Assembly (NCBI GenBank): GCA_951406725.2
Contig: OX597818.1
Location: 102,300,001 to 102,364,000 of the forward strand
Reading direction: 5' to 3'
Source: Octopus vulgaris
Taxonomy: Eukaryota
Length of the DNA stretch: 64,000 bases
The notes below the pieces were generated by a model, which had not been told where the DNA came from, ran no database searches, and saw nothing but the letters and a program-made list of their open reading frames with translations. Positions 1 through 14,281 of this stretch are shown here, piece after piece. Position 1 is the stretch's first letter. Every line of letters begins with the position of its first letter. Made by a program: the position numbers and the translations under genes.

Positions 1-95
1 TTGTCCCCCGCAACATCGCTTGACAACCGATACTGGTGTGTTTACGTCCATGTAAGCTAGACGTTCGGCAAATGCGATTGATAGAATATTTATCC
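1..95 (+). mobile_element. SINE family C, 3' fragment cut by window edge
   Basis: tgacaaccgatactggtgtgtttacgtcc...gttcggcaaa...gatagaat matches 15115-15180 and the reverse complement of 55660-55730. Confidence 0.8.
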
Positions 96-1164
96 AAGAT
101 TTTTTCTTTTTAAGTAATCCTACTCCTGCCATCTACATTTTGTGCTATATTACGTTGGATCTACTGCAGGAATTCCGGCCTGTTAGATGATCTCGACGGC
201 AAAATAACAACGTGGACATTTTACGAGAATCTTTAACGAGACACCTCTTTATGTATGGATTTACCTGATGTGGCCCAAACTGCATAATGGATGCAACACA
301 AAGGTAATGCACCCATAAGATACGGTAGCAAATTAGGATGAATTGATTGTCGTACAAAATACGTTTGTGAATCTGTTTTGCAAGATTCCTGAATTGATAT
401 TGTATGTTCAAACACATTGGAACAGATATTGTAATGTTTTGGGATAGTCATTCTTGTGTCTCTGTATTTCGATGGTGTGCATGCTTATCTGTGCATCGGC
501 TTCCGTCTGTATCTACATGTATGTGTATGTGCGTGAATGTGCGTGTGCATGAATGTGTGTGTGTTTGTGGTTACGTGTTTGTAGGCATGCCTATGCAATT
601 TGTGTGTGTTTCGCTGTGTGTGCATGAGTTTACTTACTATCTTGTTTATATCCCTTTACAAGCAATATTGTGAACAATCCCATCAACACACACACAAAAT
701 TAACACAAACACACATTCAAAGCACATTGACACGCGTATACACGCACGCATGCACACACATACTTACACACATAGTTACAAACGCAAACGCATGCGTAGT
801 TTAGGATACAGATCCTAGAAACAGAAAATAAACAAAGGAAAGCTGGAGGAAAAACTGAAGTGGTCTCAGATGTTTCAGGAGAGATTTTCAGCCAATGGAC
901 ATGGGGTAAAAAACAAAAACAATATTAAGCGAATCGTTGAAGGAATATATACAGCATTTGTCTATCTGGCAAATAAATGCCCCTCACGAAATATTACAAT
1001 ATATATACGACAGACTCCAAAGAAGCACGCAGCCAAACTGTTTATATAGTCAACATGTGCAGCGGTTGCTCTATGAAAGAGCTCTTAATTTGGATACCGA
1101 AAGTGTTTAACACTCTCGCAATACTAGCAGCCTCTAAACAGATAACATTGTCGTATATATACGC

Positions 1165-1375
1165 GTTGACTCTTGGTGATCCATTTTTCTTTCTTCTTCC
1201 TTTTTTTTCGACTTTCCTATATTTCACGTTTCAGAAGAAGAGCTATGCTCGAAACCTAAAACAGCCACTGTTGTTTTTCTTCTCGGAGCATCTAATTAAT
1301 ACTTTACATGTGTTACTTCCTCGCGTTGTTGTTTTTTCCTTGTTTTTTTCTTCGCTTTTTGAATTAATTATATAT
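1165..1375 (+). mobile_element. Penelope-like terminal-repeat fragment with degenerate hammerhead-like motif
   Basis: Homologous to 56035-56250 (gaagagc-nnn-gctcgaaac...cctcgcgttgttg); core reads cagaagaa-gagc-tat-gctc-gaaac. Confidence 0.5.
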
Positions 1376-1716
1376 TCATACATATACACACCTATATATG
1401 TGTGTGTGTGTGCGCGTATGTGTGTGTGTACGCGTATGTGTGTGTGTGCGCGTATGTGTGTGTGTAAATATCACGCATGGATACACATATATATGCTCTA
1501 CAATATATTTTTCAAGAAATCCTGACCCCATTTCTATTCCAGACTGCTCCGCTATAAATTTGATTACAATTTATTGACTCCGGAATTGATCATTTCATCA
1601 GTAACTTATATTAGTAGTCATAATTTAATTGTTTTAAAAACAGGTCGAAGAATATATTTTTATGTGTGTATGTGTGTGTATGTAGATCTATATGTGTGCA
1701 TTCGTATGTTTGTATG

Positions 1717-1817
<101 letters not shown>

Positions 1818-2449
1818 ATTATTGAGTAGAGTACTATTTCTGAAATGTAAATTCTGTGTGCCCTTGCGGGTTTATTAATTAGTGAAATTTTAATTAGCCA
1901 TTAATTCACCGTTAGTGTAAGCAAAATGGTGTCTTCCAATAGTTAGATATGAATATTCACATCTTTGGTATAATTTAACCCGAAGAACGAAAACACGTAT
2001 GCTGCTAACATCCATATATATGAAAATATTTGAAAACTGTGATTTCGAATCTGACGAAAATTCTCAAGACATGTGAGAGTGGTTCAAGGACGGGCAATGC
2101 GCTATTCTTAGTCGATTAATACCTCTACAGAATTTGATCTAATGACATGATATTCATATATGATTATCGTCAAACATGAAGCTACTTTCACAGTTTGATT
2201 TTTTAAATATATTATATAAAGAATACGAAATATCGTTCTATATATATGCTTGAGAGTACCTACACAAAAGTGTACGTCTCTGACATCGGCGAAGCGTTAT
2301 GTGTATAATGAAAACATAGTTTGGGTATACAGAGCATCACGCACGTACATGTATACATACTTATGTACATATATACATACAGTCACACGCACATGCGCAC
2401 GTGCATACACTAGATGTACACACGCACACACAAACACACGTACGTTGTG

Positions 2450-2646
2450 ACACTCCGTCGGTTACGACGACAAGGGTTCCACTTGATACGATCAAGTGAA
2501 CAGCCTGTTCGTGAACTTGTGTAATTTCAACGTGTACTTTTAACTTAGTTCTCGGGGAAATTTAGCATAACACAAAGGCTGGCCCTTTGAGACAGGAAGG
2601 AAGAGTGAAAGTTGTGGTGAAGTAGTACTGCAGGGTTTGCCACCAA
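2450..2646 (-). mobile_element. SINE family B, 3' half with internal deletion
   Basis: cactccgtcggttacgacga...aacagcctg...gaaagttgtggtga matches 53192-53410. Confidence 0.85.
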
Positions 2647-2713
2647 ATATAGGGCGCACGTACACGTTGGTTTCTTATAATTAAGTATACACACACACAA
2701 ACACACACACACA

Positions 2714-2763
<50 letters not shown>

Positions 2764-2799
2764 AGAATAATAGAATCGTACCGCATTTATATATATATA

Positions 2800-3439
2800 A
2801 TTCTTTCCTTCTTTCTATCAACTCTTTCACACTTCGTTCCACTCTTCGTTCTTTATTTCTCCCCCTCACATACCCTGGCCTTCTCTTCATGCTCACTTCC
2901 TTCCTCTTTCACTTCATGGTGTCTCTTTCATTTTTTCTCGTTCCTCCTTAATTCTCCTATTCCTCTTCCTCTACCTCTCTCTCTTTTCTCCCCACGTGAT
3001 CGGTGTTCGGCCAAGCGTGATCTTTATTTCTTGGTTCGACTACCATCCGCTCAACATCTGTATTCCTGCCCGTGCCTGTCCAATTTTATGTACCTTCCGT
3101 AAGGCTTAGTCGAAAGACACCCGTTGTTATGTCCTGTTAATTGCATTTGCATTTGTGTATCATTTCTCCGTTTTTTCTTTTGTCCTTTTTTGTAAGCATT
3201 CGCTGCTTTATTCCGAGGAAGCTAATGCTCTTAGCTTAGCTTTTCCTTAGGGCTGGCCAGATTGGAACAATTTCGAGTATAACCAACCGAAATTGCAAAG
3301 ATAATCTGAAACTCGACTGAGGATAGAAAACTCCGAATGACCCGTCCTTGTTTTCTTTGTATCGTCTGTCTGGATGTGTTCTGTTGTCCCTTTTTGTACC
3401 ACCTGTCTGTCTGGATGTTTAGCGTTTTCGTCCCATATT

Positions 3440-3441
<2 letters not shown>
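2800..3441 (+). repeat. Unclassified interspersed repeat with CT-rich leader, ending at (TA)n
   Basis: 3227-3345 (gctcttagcttag...actcgactgag) has a diverged inverted copy at about 40185-40310; 3022-3075 recurs at 7141-7195. Confidence 0.6.
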
Positions 3442-3487
<46 letters not shown>

Positions 3488-4435
3488 CACACACACATAG
3501 TTACACGTGAGCATGTCCTAGTATTTTGGATGTTGTACTCACCGTTCCAATAATGGACTGGCCAGGGTGTTGTTTTCTTCAGCAAATTCATTTCAGGTTC
3601 CCCATAACCCAACGTGTGGCACGCTTGTGCACATGTACAGGCACATGCATCACTGGACCTACAGTATGTTTGACCTGTGTTCGCGTCTGCTCAACATCGT
3701 GGTCCTGTGTAGCCTTTTCGCTGGCGATCGAACAACCTCAGTTTTGGCTCAAAGAAGGCTTGCACAGAATTCAGGTCCAATATGCGACGAAGATTGGTGT
3801 TATATTTGATTGGCCTACTCCTATGGGCATATCTTAGTAAAAGCTAAATGGTGGTTCTCTTTTCATTGGTCTCTGAGTACGCCGGTCACCAGCCTGGTGT
3901 TTCCGATGATTCGTTCTATAGCTAGATAGTCACTGGACCTAGACTTGTGTCATCCGCCCATTGTCCTTCCTTGTCTCTAGCGATCCTCCTCACCAAGTGA
4001 GCCTAGCGAGTGTGACTGTCTGGTTGCCGCTACCCGAGAATGAACGAGATTGTACTGGATTCAATGTTAAGTATAGATGTATGTGTGTGTTTGAGTATGT
4101 GTGTATTAGTGTTTGTGCATGTGTGTGAGTGTATAAAAATATGTAAGTATTTTTATAGATGTAGAATGAGTTATTGTTATTTGATTAAGTCTACTGAGTT
4201 TCCGCAAATAACATGATATTGAAAGGAGAAAAATGCGAGTGTAAATCAAACAAACAGGTAGAAAATGTGTATAGCATATGATGATTTGATAGACATATTT
4301 GTATTCATTGGAAATCAGGGCTATATCTATTAGTCAATCACGTTAAAATATGTATTCTGTAAGTGCCTTACAATGAAGTCACAGATTATTTCATTGCTAC
4401 TTTAAATTAATTTAGATTTTGCATGGCAGTTTTAC

Positions 4436-4664
4436 CTATTTCTTTACTACCCACAATGGGATAAATACAGATAGGACAAACACAGACAGACAAACGGATT
4501 AAGTCGATTGTATCGACCCAGTGCGTAACTGGTACTTATTTAATCGACCCCGAAAGGATGAAAGGCAAAGTCGACCTCAGCAGAATTTGAACTCAGAACG
4601 TAGCGGCAGACGAAATACCGCTAGGCATTTCGCCCGGCGTGCTGACGTGTCTGTCAGCTCGCCT
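4436..4664 (-). mobile_element. tRNA-derived SINE family A, monomer
   Basis: Reverse complement of the 13112/45136 copies; B-box-like GAGTTCAAAT(T)C; tail ...gtgggtagtaaagaaatagg. Confidence 0.9.
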
Positions 4665-4816
4665 TAATGCTCGATTAATTAATACTCCCGCAAGGCGTAC
4701 TCTATATGTGCACGAACTGCAAGATAATGCACTTAAAAGATGTTCAAACATTATACTACTTATTTTTTAAGCAATACTAGCACATGGGAAATTAATAACA
4801 GATATAGTAGGCCAAA

Positions 4817-5073
4817 GGAGGCGCTTGGCTTAATGTTTAGGGTCTCAGCATCATGATCGTGAGATTGTGGCTTCGATTCCTGGACCGGGCGACACGTTGT
4901 GTTCTTGAGCAAAACACTTCATTTCACGTTGCTCCAGTCCACTCAACTGGCAAAAATGAGTAACGCTGCGATGGAGTCGCGTCCCGTCCAGCTGGGGAAC
5001 ATATACGCCATTGAAACCGGGAAACCGGGCCCATGAGCCTGGCTAGGCTTTAAAAGGGCGCATTTATTATTTG
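4817..5073 (+). mobile_element. tRNA-derived SINE family D (CORE-like middle), full length with 13-bp TSD
   Basis: A-box-like tggcttaatg, B-box-like ggcttcgattcc; middle ttgtgttcttgagcaaaacacttcatttcac...aaaatgag resembles the CORE domain; TSD atagtaggccaaa at 4804-4816 and 5074-5086. Confidence 0.85.
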
Positions 5074-6079
5074 ATAGTAGGCCAAAAACGCAGCAGCGTG
5101 GCATGTACAACGCTGAGTGAATGGACAATTCACTGCAAACATATTTCTGGTCGTTGGAATATTTCCATGAAGCATCACTGACTACAATCTTACATCTTAC
5201 TGGTTATGAAACATCTCTAAACGTTTATTCCTTACAACGAACATGAAACGCTCACAAATTTCAATGAAGGAAAATTTTAACATATACATGGAGAAATCTC
5301 TACACAGAAAATAACACTGATTATATTATCAATGAAAGCCTAAAAGACGGTTATCACATTTCCGAACATCACATGTCTTTAAGAAATAAAAATATATATT
5401 CAGGATTTATATTTTTTAAATATATACGCATAAAATAAGCTTTGTGCACAAACCACAAACTTATAATAGCACTGCAATACAGAAGTCACGGCATTAATAA
5501 AAACCTTTATAAAACTATAAATGAGAAACGAACGTTTATGCCATTCATGGAGAAATAAGAAAAGAAACATTATTTCTTTTAGAAAGGTGAGAGATATTCT
5601 ATTCGAAACTATGAGCATGTCAGACTAGACTGACACTTTGTACAAGAAATATGCATAAAGAAAATTATTTATATGTACAGAGTAAAATGCTTTAAAAATA
5701 TATAGATGTCACAAATGTCTTTCAGAAACTATTGTCGAAAGATAATGTAGTAGAAATGTATACTTAAGAAATATCAACGACATACACGCAGCTTACCATT
5801 ATATTGTAATATTAAACCAACATATGCTCAAACACAGTCTTGTGAACAATCTTAAACACACATATTCATACGCCTGTATACACACACATGTCCGCATATT
5901 TGCACACACATGCGTCTGTAAGTACACACCCACATATTTATTATTTATGTATAGTGTTTGTTTAATATTACAACATAACACGAGTTGCATGTTGGTGTGT
6001 TCATTTATATTTCCTAAGCATACATTCCTAATAAATTATCTTTCGTCAATATGTATATCGTGTGTGTATGCGTATGCTA

Positions 6080-6111
<32 letters not shown>

Positions 6112-6576
6112 GTAAATATATGTATGTATGTATATATATATATATATATATATACAAACACACACACGCACACACACGCACACACACACACACGCACACA
6201 CACCTATATATGAATATAAATATATCCAGATATAAAGGAGTGGTAGATATATTCCTTCCCTTCTGTCCAGTTTTTTTTTGCATTAACACGGAAAATATTT
6301 CTATCGTCGTATTTTATGGGATTTTTTCCTTGTAGCTCTATTTTTATTTTCTTTACAAATTCCGCCCCTCATTTGAATAACTCTTTCCTGTTTTCAAGCG
6401 TATAAAGAAGGAGTAGGAAAATAGAAGAAAAATTAATATTTTTGATAACTGCGAGTCTTCATATTCAATGAAGTTTCTACAGTTGCTGAGACTAATCCTG
6501 ACATTCATACTGCCTACGTAGAAGGCGTTATGACTGAAATAATATACAAAACTGGTTTTCGTTTTTCAACCAGAAA

Positions 6577-6872
6577 TTGTTGCTGTTTGTTGCTTCTTGA
6601 GCCATGCCCGGCTCATAACGGCCCGTTTCCCTGTTTCATTGGCGTATAGGTTCCCCACCTGGATGGGACTCCGGTTCGTCGCAGGTCAGGTCAGCTGTTA
6701 GATGCAAGAGGAAAGAGTTAGAGAAAGCTGTGGCGAATGAGTCAGCAAAAGTTCACCATTACCTAGAGCATAGGTGTTTCGCTCATAAATACATACATTA
6801 CTCTGTCTGAGATTTGAATTCGCGATCCTTTGACCGCAATTCCGCTGCTCTAATCACTAGGTTATGTGTCTG
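6577..6872 (-). mobile_element. Chimeric SINE: family-B head and middle plus family-D tail
   Basis: Minus strand reads ttagagcagcgga...gagcgaaacaccta (B-like), then cccatccaggtggggaacctatacgccaatgaaacagggaaac (as 4980-5030). Confidence 0.7.
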
Positions 6873-8888
6873 ACCAATGTTTCCCAGATGCGTAGGATTT
6901 TCTGAAGGAACTCAGTGATGAAGATCTACCCAAATGCACCAAGGAATTGGCTTAACACATTTGATGTCCCCATGATAACGTTGCTGGTTGAATCCACTCG
7001 AGAGACAATCCAGTTAAAACAATATGGCACACTAATTCAACACTTCAACACATGACGCTAACTTGACAAAAGAATTATATTATACTCAAAAGTGTTGTTA
7101 GAAGTTTCAACTGTTTCAATCATAATCTGCAGATATACCTCCTTTCTTTCTTGGTTCGACTACCATCCGCGCAACATCTCTATTCCTCCCTGTACTGATT
7201 TCAAAAGTTGAACCAGGAAGAATTCTTTTACCTAGGAGACCCTCGCGATGGTGGACCGTACCCTGTGAAATGAGACTGGGTGGGGCCTCTGGTGAGTTGC
7301 TTCGGGAAATCTCATCTCATCTAGATCTTCCTAGAGGATGCCGCAGCCTGTGAATTCATATAGGTTTCGGTTCCGCCTATTATAGGTGTCACAGGGCGCT
7401 GCTCCATGTGGTCCCGCAGTTTCCATCTAACTAGGAATATTAGGTTCTCATCCATTGTCTTGTATTCAAGATCCTCTGCATGACATCCTGCTAGTTCAAT
7501 CCAGCAATCTGATCTGCTAGATCCTGCCGATAACTAAATTCATGCCCTGCTGCTGACTTTTAGAGTTATTGTCGTTAAGGTTTTGTCTGTCTCCTACACT
7601 TCGACCTGTCTGGCCCCGTAAGACCTGGCTGAAGATTTCTCTCCCTCCGGCATATCTCTCCGGGTCAATGGAGCACACAGGCACTTCACAGAGACAATTG
7701 TTGAATTGGTCGTTAGCTACACAGTAGTTCTTCCACCGTTTAACGGGACATGAGATGTAGAATAATGAGGTCCGACAAGGCAAAGCGAGTGCGAGAAACT
7801 TCTGGTGGGTCCGAAAGTTTGCTTGAAACGTCCGACTCATTTACTGAATACAAAGAAATCACTATGCTCTGCGGAGTGAAGCCTCAAACAAGGTGATATG
7901 GTGTTTTAGAGTCTGATGGTGCACTTCTGGTGGAGCCCAAAACTGATAGTCCGCAGGGCATCGTACAACGCCAACAATAAAATAAAATAATACAATTCTT
8001 CTTCCCTGCGGCGAATAATCAAACAATATGAAATGTTATATTATTATACCTTTTCTGTTTCAGTAGAGTGCGATTGTTGCACAACGCTTCTTCAAAGACG
8101 AATTAAGGCTACTCGTTAACACCAACATCATTATTGCAACTTATATTCAATATGTAATCTACAGAATAGAACAGAAATTCTTGAGGATGGTAATCTATAC
8201 ATTCAAACACTGTATTTAGAATTAATAAAAAAAGTTAATGAAGAAATATATATCAAACTGACATTCATATGTTTGCTTGAATACATTTCCTAATTTACCC
8301 ACAAATTTTTGATATCTATCGCTTTGAGTTCAACACTTTTTTATTTTTTACTTTCCACTGGCATCGACTAAAACTAAAGTATTGTCTTCTGTTTTATGTT
8401 ACAGCGGATTCTCATCTGTTAATAGATCTATTGAAAAAGGCACTTCATTTAATTCTATCTGTTTTAAATTTATTTATTTCTACACCAGTAATTCTAATAA
8501 CATACTTGTTCTTAATTAGATTTTCAGAATCATTGTCAGTTAAAAGTTAGGAAAATTATTATCAAAGTTTATTTTCCGCTGCAACAATGGTTGATGGGTT
8601 TCGTTATTTGTTTCCACAAATTCCGTTGCACTAATACATCGAAACATTATTATTTGATATACGTTCTATGATTTTAGGCTTTCGTTTATTCATTTTTCTT
8701 TCTTTGTTATTTTATTCGTACACATATATAAACGACAGTATTATTCATTAGTTTAAGATAAATGATTCATTTAATTAATTGTACATATTTCAGAATTTTT
8801 ATATAACTATGATTCAAATGTGTTTTATATATTCAGTTACCCATTTGTATGTCTGAATATTGAAATTTATCTATGTGTTTACTATACC

Positions 8889-9267
8889 CATTTCCTTACT
8901 ACCTACAAGGGGCTAAACACAGAGAGGACCAGCAAGGACAGACAAACGGATTAAGTCGATTACATCGACCCCAGTACGTAACTGGTACTTATTTAATCCA
9001 ATTTAAACTCAGAACGTAGCAACATACGAAATACCTATTTCTTTACTGCCCACAAGGAGCTAAACACAGAGGGGACAAACAAGGACAGAGAAAGGGATTA
9101 AGTCAATTATATTTATCCCAGTGCGTAACTGGTACTTATTTAATCGACCCCGAAATGATGAAAGGCAAGGTCCATCTCAGCGGAATTTGAACTCACAACG
9201 TAACGGCAGACGAAATACCGCTAAGTATTTCTCTCGGCGTGCTAACGTCTCTGCCAGCTCGCCGCTT
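8889..9267 (-). mobile_element. SINE family A, tandem dimer, with 15-bp TSD
   Basis: Two body units joined at gaaatacc|tatttc; TSD tgtgtttactatacc at 8874-8888 and 9268-9282. Confidence 0.9.
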
Positions 9268-10623
9268 TGTGTTTACTATACCACCAACTAACCAATTAAT
9301 ATTCAGTCAAGCTAGTGAAAGTGCATCGGCGTAGCAATTTGGCTACCTAGAATTAGTGCCCACATTTCCTTCAAATTATGGCCTGTATCTCTAAAAGTGT
9401 AGAAACCAGGATAACTGAATGGACATAGAAATTTAGCCTTTGCTATATCAAAAGTTACCGAAGGCATCCATTAACAATCATAACTACATAAATATCGTTT
9501 TCATTTCCGCGAAATATTTTATACATGTTCCACTATTGTGCTTTGCCATGGACAATGATTCTGATGGCCTTACGTGCAGAACAATCGTTTCTAAATAGCT
9601 ATAACAAATAATTATGTCATACCATGTATTTCTATCAGTTATACGATAGGCAGGATTTTCACTCAACAGAAGGGCGTAACGAGCACAAAAATATATTTAC
9701 TCATAAAACGCATATTTCAAGGATAGAAAGGATGTCAGTAAATAGCAATTACTTTTCTACATCCCTAAACGTGTGGAAATAATTGTGCAAAAGACTGTTT
9801 TAATCAAACTCATGATTAAAGCAAAATACATCATCAGCATATTTTTGAAAAAAAAAACATTATGCAAAATTCACATTTCTATATTGTACAAAAAATATTC
9901 CAGAAATATGCACCAATAATGGCATGCAGAGCATTGAAGACCAATCGCTAAAATAATGCAGCACAATTTTCCATCAGTTCTTAAAACCTATGTGTGCGCG
10001 TGTGTGTATTTGTATGTGTACACATATATAGAGGTTTGGGCAAAAGTCACCTGTCGGTAAACCAAAACCACTTTGATCCAAGAATAATTTATATTTAACA
10101 AATCAATGTATTTAATAAAAGCACCTAAATATGAAACGTCACAAAATTTGTTCAAACCGACGTCCTTATTTGGGCAACACATTTTTCTTTCGAGTCAATA
10201 CTGAACAACATATAGTATGTATAGGTTTCTTGTCAGGTGACATATGTGTGTGTGTGTGTGTTATATATTAAAAGTTCCCCTTCACCATATACGCGGTAAT
10301 CACATTAAGTTAAAATGTTGTCGATGTGATTTGGTTCTCTTCTTTTCCCTGACGAGCTGAATGCATTGTTTTTCATAATTTTATTCCCTCCGGAATAAAA
10401 TCAATGTGTTCTTCGAAACATATCGGAAGTATAAATATTTGAATAACACTCCCGTTTGACTCCATTTCTTAATTTATCTGTTATTCACAAACATTTCACT
10501 TAACCTTGAAATTTCTACCTTTATAACTAGGGGGTAATATCCTTGGAACTTATGTGAAATTTTGCTACCTTGGTAACTAATTATTTATTTTTTCCGCGTC
10601 ATTTTTATACATTTAAAAATATA

Positions 10624-10680
<57 letters not shown>

Positions 10681-10681
10681 A

Positions 10682-11936
10682 CAGGCGTTGGACAAAATAA
10701 TGGAAACACCTAGTATCATAGCATCATAATTTTGAAATATCTATAAAACCGTCAAAAGCTTGTTTATTTTTCTGTCTTTTGATTTATTATTAGTGTTCCT
10801 TAATATGCTTTGCTAAAATTGCAGTTCCTTTTCAGGTAACATCAGCAAAGGTCATTATAATTCATAAAAAATGACGGATGTATCGGAATTTCGAAGACGT
10901 CAAATTGTTAGTGCTCCTATGTCAGGCGCTAGCGTAGCGAAAACACCCGAAATCTTTGGTGTATCACAAAGTACTCTCTTGGAGGTAATGGCAGCATTTG
11001 AGAAAGAGAGAAAAAAACCTCCTCTTTAAAATAAAACTTAGGAAGAAAACAAAGTTTTCAAATAGAGACCATCGGACTCTTACACGAATTACAAGAAAGG
11101 ATCACAAATGTAGAGCTTCCAAAATTACTGCAGAGCTTAATGACCACCTGGAGAAAACCGTGTCCACAAAAACCGTTTTCCGGGAGATGCACAAAGCTGG
11201 ATACCCGGGAGGGCTGCAATCAGAAAACCACTACTTTCAAAAACAAACGTTGCAAAGCGTTTAGAGAGGAGTAAAAACCTACATAATTAATACCTAGAGT
11301 AGTGGAAGAATGTTATTTTCTCGGACGCGTTATCTCTTATCTTACTTCCGACCATCGGTCGAGTAAGCATTTGACACAGATTGTCTTCTTTCAACTGTTA
11401 ATCATGGAGGAGGATCTGTGATGATGTGGTATGGGCTGTGTCTTGGAAAACCGCCGAACCAATGTTTTCCCTTCATAGCAGAATTAATAGTCAACACTAT
11501 TTAATCATTTTATCTGATCAAATTCCTCCTATGGTTGCGGAACTGTTACCGGAGGAAAACGCAATCTTTCAGGATGATAATGCACCGCTTTACACTGCTA
11601 AAGGTTTTAACTGAATGGCACGAAAAACATTCCAGTGAAGTTGAACATCTTATCTGGTCACCACAGTTCCCATATATCAACATATTATTCAACATTTGTA
11701 GTGCAGTTTAGAAAAACACGTAAGGCATCGATATCCGCCACCATCATCACTATAAGAACTGGAGACTGTTTTAACTGAAGCATGGACAAATATTCTTTTT
11801 GAAACACTTCACACTTTGTACGAGGCCAACCCTCATAGGATTGAAGCTGTAATTAATACCAAAGGCGGCCTTACCTCCTATTAAAATAAATTTGCTTGAA
11901 ATCTTAAGGTTTTTCCATTATTTTGCCCAACCCCTA
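10682..11936 (+). mobile_element. Full-length defective Tc1-family DNA transposon
   Basis: ~30-bp TIRs caggcgttggacaaaataatggaaacacct / aggtttttccattattttgcccaaccccta, TA on both flanks, internal transposase remnant. Confidence 0.92.
10871..11884 (+). pseudogene. Tc1 (DD34E-type) transposase pseudogene
   Basis: MTDVSEFRRRQIV...GASVAKT HTH start, WKNVIFSD, HGGGSVM-VW, FQDDNAP, degenerate WPPQSPDLN (WSPQFPYIN), GGLTSY* end; multiple frameshifts and stops. Confidence 0.9.
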
Positions 11937-12715
11937 TATATCTATATTATGCGTATGTATGTATGTATGTATGTATGTATCTGGATATTAGGTAGAAAGT
12001 TCACCTGTGATGGAGTTTGTAAATATCAGACAGAGGTAGTAACTGTTTCATCACCAGCAAATAAGTTGTATTTCTTCGCTGAAGCTCTAAGGCGACAAGA
12101 AATTCTAGTGTAATGATTACGAAATCTTCTTCAGAAGTTGAGAGGAAAATTGTTGAAGAAATTTGCATTCAGAATGAAATACAATTTGTTTGCTTTTAAC
12201 ATACGAATAAATAATAACTTCACAATTAACTTTGTATATATTCTATGTGTGTGTGTGTGTGTTTGTTCCTAGGTGTTATGTGCCTGTGTGCGTATATTTG
12301 TCTGTGACTGTGTAAGGCAGATTCCTGTGTTGTGACATTTACAAATACCATTAAACAACACTTGAATTTAGTGGTTATTACAAAAAAAAACAGAATTGTA
12401 ACAAAATATTCTAGGAAGTATGTGTGCATATGGTATACTTGCATTAAGCCTAAATTAAACTGGACATTGAGAGAAAATGTTTCCATGGTTACGATTTAAA
12501 ATGACAGAAGCCATTTATTACATTAAAGCGTAGTTTCAATTCAAATCATATTTGAGTTTTATTTCATTTACAGAGACGTGATTCTTTGTGTTATATTTAA
12601 AAAGAAATATCCCTGAAACCTGTAAAAATATTTCAACTCTAAATATATCATGATTTCATATGATAAAAGTATATGATTTCGCGCAGTATATCATTTATAT
12701 ATTATTAATAGTATA

Positions 12716-13099
12716 TCTCTTTATATATAAACGGCAGTTTATCTGTGCGTGTTTCTGTGTGTTTGTTTGCTTGTACCCTCACCCTGACCACGGCTTTCAA
12801 CCGATTCTGATGAAACTTGACACACACATAGCCCAATGTCATAATTCAAAACTAACGCAGCGAAAATTTTGAAAAGTTCCCCCAGTTCAGAAAAAAATCG
12901 ATAAATTCGACATGGGGTCGAGAATCAGAAACACAAAACACAAACTGTCTAGGGGACGCAACTCCACCTTTTTTAACTCTCAAAAAAAATTTACCATCAT
13001 TTTTTTCCATTTTTTTGCTATTTTTTGGCTATAACTCTCTAAAAATGCTTTATAGTTATTTCCCTTACAAACCTGAGCAACGCCGGGCGATACTGCTAG
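12716..13099 (+). mobile_element. Non-autonomous Helitron
   Basis: 5' a^TCTCTTTATATATAAA, GT-rich tract, ccgattctgatgaaactt motif, subterminal hairpin cctgagcaacgccggg, 3' CTAG^t (A/T target). Confidence 0.8.
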
Positions 13100-13111
13100 T
13101 TATTAATAAAA

Positions 13112-13337
13112 GGCGGCGAGCTAGCAGAAACGTTAGCACACCGGGCGAAATCCGTATTTCGCCTATCATTACGTTCTGAGTTCAAATTCCGCCGAGGTCG
13201 ACCTTGCCTTTCATCCTTTCGGGGTTGATAAATTAAGTACCAGTTATGCACTGGGGTTGATGTAATCAACTTAATCCGTTCGTTTGTCCTTGTTTGTCCC
13301 CGCTGTGTTTAGCCCCTTGTGGGTAGTAAAGAAATAT
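13112..13337 (+). mobile_element. SINE family A, monomer
   Basis: ggcggcgagctagcagaaacgttagc head, gagttcaaattcc B box, tail gccccttgtgggtagtaaagaaata. Confidence 0.9.
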
Positions 13338-14244
13338 ATATTATATATTATGCTAACTAACATCACAAAAGATTTTGAAATTCGCAATAAATTTATAATA
13401 GAGAAAACTGCCAAATTCAGATTTTCAATTGCTGAAAGCACATTTTCAAGTTGGAACGCAGAATGTCTTTAGTGTTTTGTGGATTTTACCTGAACGCTTC
13501 TATTTCGAACTTACCAAACTTTATTTAGGAAAACGTCTGACTAAATGCTTTGATACATTTGGCTGTGATAGGGTTCGCTTCTGATTCCAATTTATAATTA
13601 GGCTCCTATTTAAATGCAGAATTTGTTTACACCCTTTATTTCACTTCATTTGATATACTATTCTCACGCATGTGCGAGAGATACAGGTATGTAACATGTT
13701 TCTGTCAATCTTATGATACACTTATGAATGTAAAAGCGCCATATACACTTAGGCACGCATATACACTTTTACCATATGAGATCACGTATATAACTACATA
13801 CGTAACTGTGTTTATAAGAATGTGAAGATGAGTGTATGATGCTGTGGGTGCGTGTGGATGCTGGCACATATTCTCACAAATAATCACACGCATATAATTT
13901 ATAATCCTATGAAATCTAGATTCATCATGAAAGAGATATTAGGGTAAAATTTGCCAGAGATAACAGGGAGAGTGAGGAAGAAAGATATACTTGTGATAGA
14001 TTATTGAGAAATTTTTAAAAACGTTTCTTCTTCGAATTTGATGTTTTGTAATTCTTTGGAAGAGTCGGCCTGAATTACGTTTTTTATAGTTACTCACAGG
14101 CACACACGGACACACGCGCGCACATGAAAAGAAAGGCACAAACTCTCTCGCGCATACACGCACGCCGCAGGCACAAACACACACATAGATACGCACATGA
14201 AGAGAAAGACACAAAAACTCGCGCGTACACATACACATGCATGG

Positions 14245-14281
<37 letters not shown>

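Noticed and set aside
10871-11884. Active transposase
   Set aside because: Multiple frameshifts and stops and a degenerate third catalytic motif
5795-13610. Isolated minus-strand GTAAG donors near 5795 and 13513
   Set aside because: Implied exons have stops in all frames and no partner exon; expected by chance
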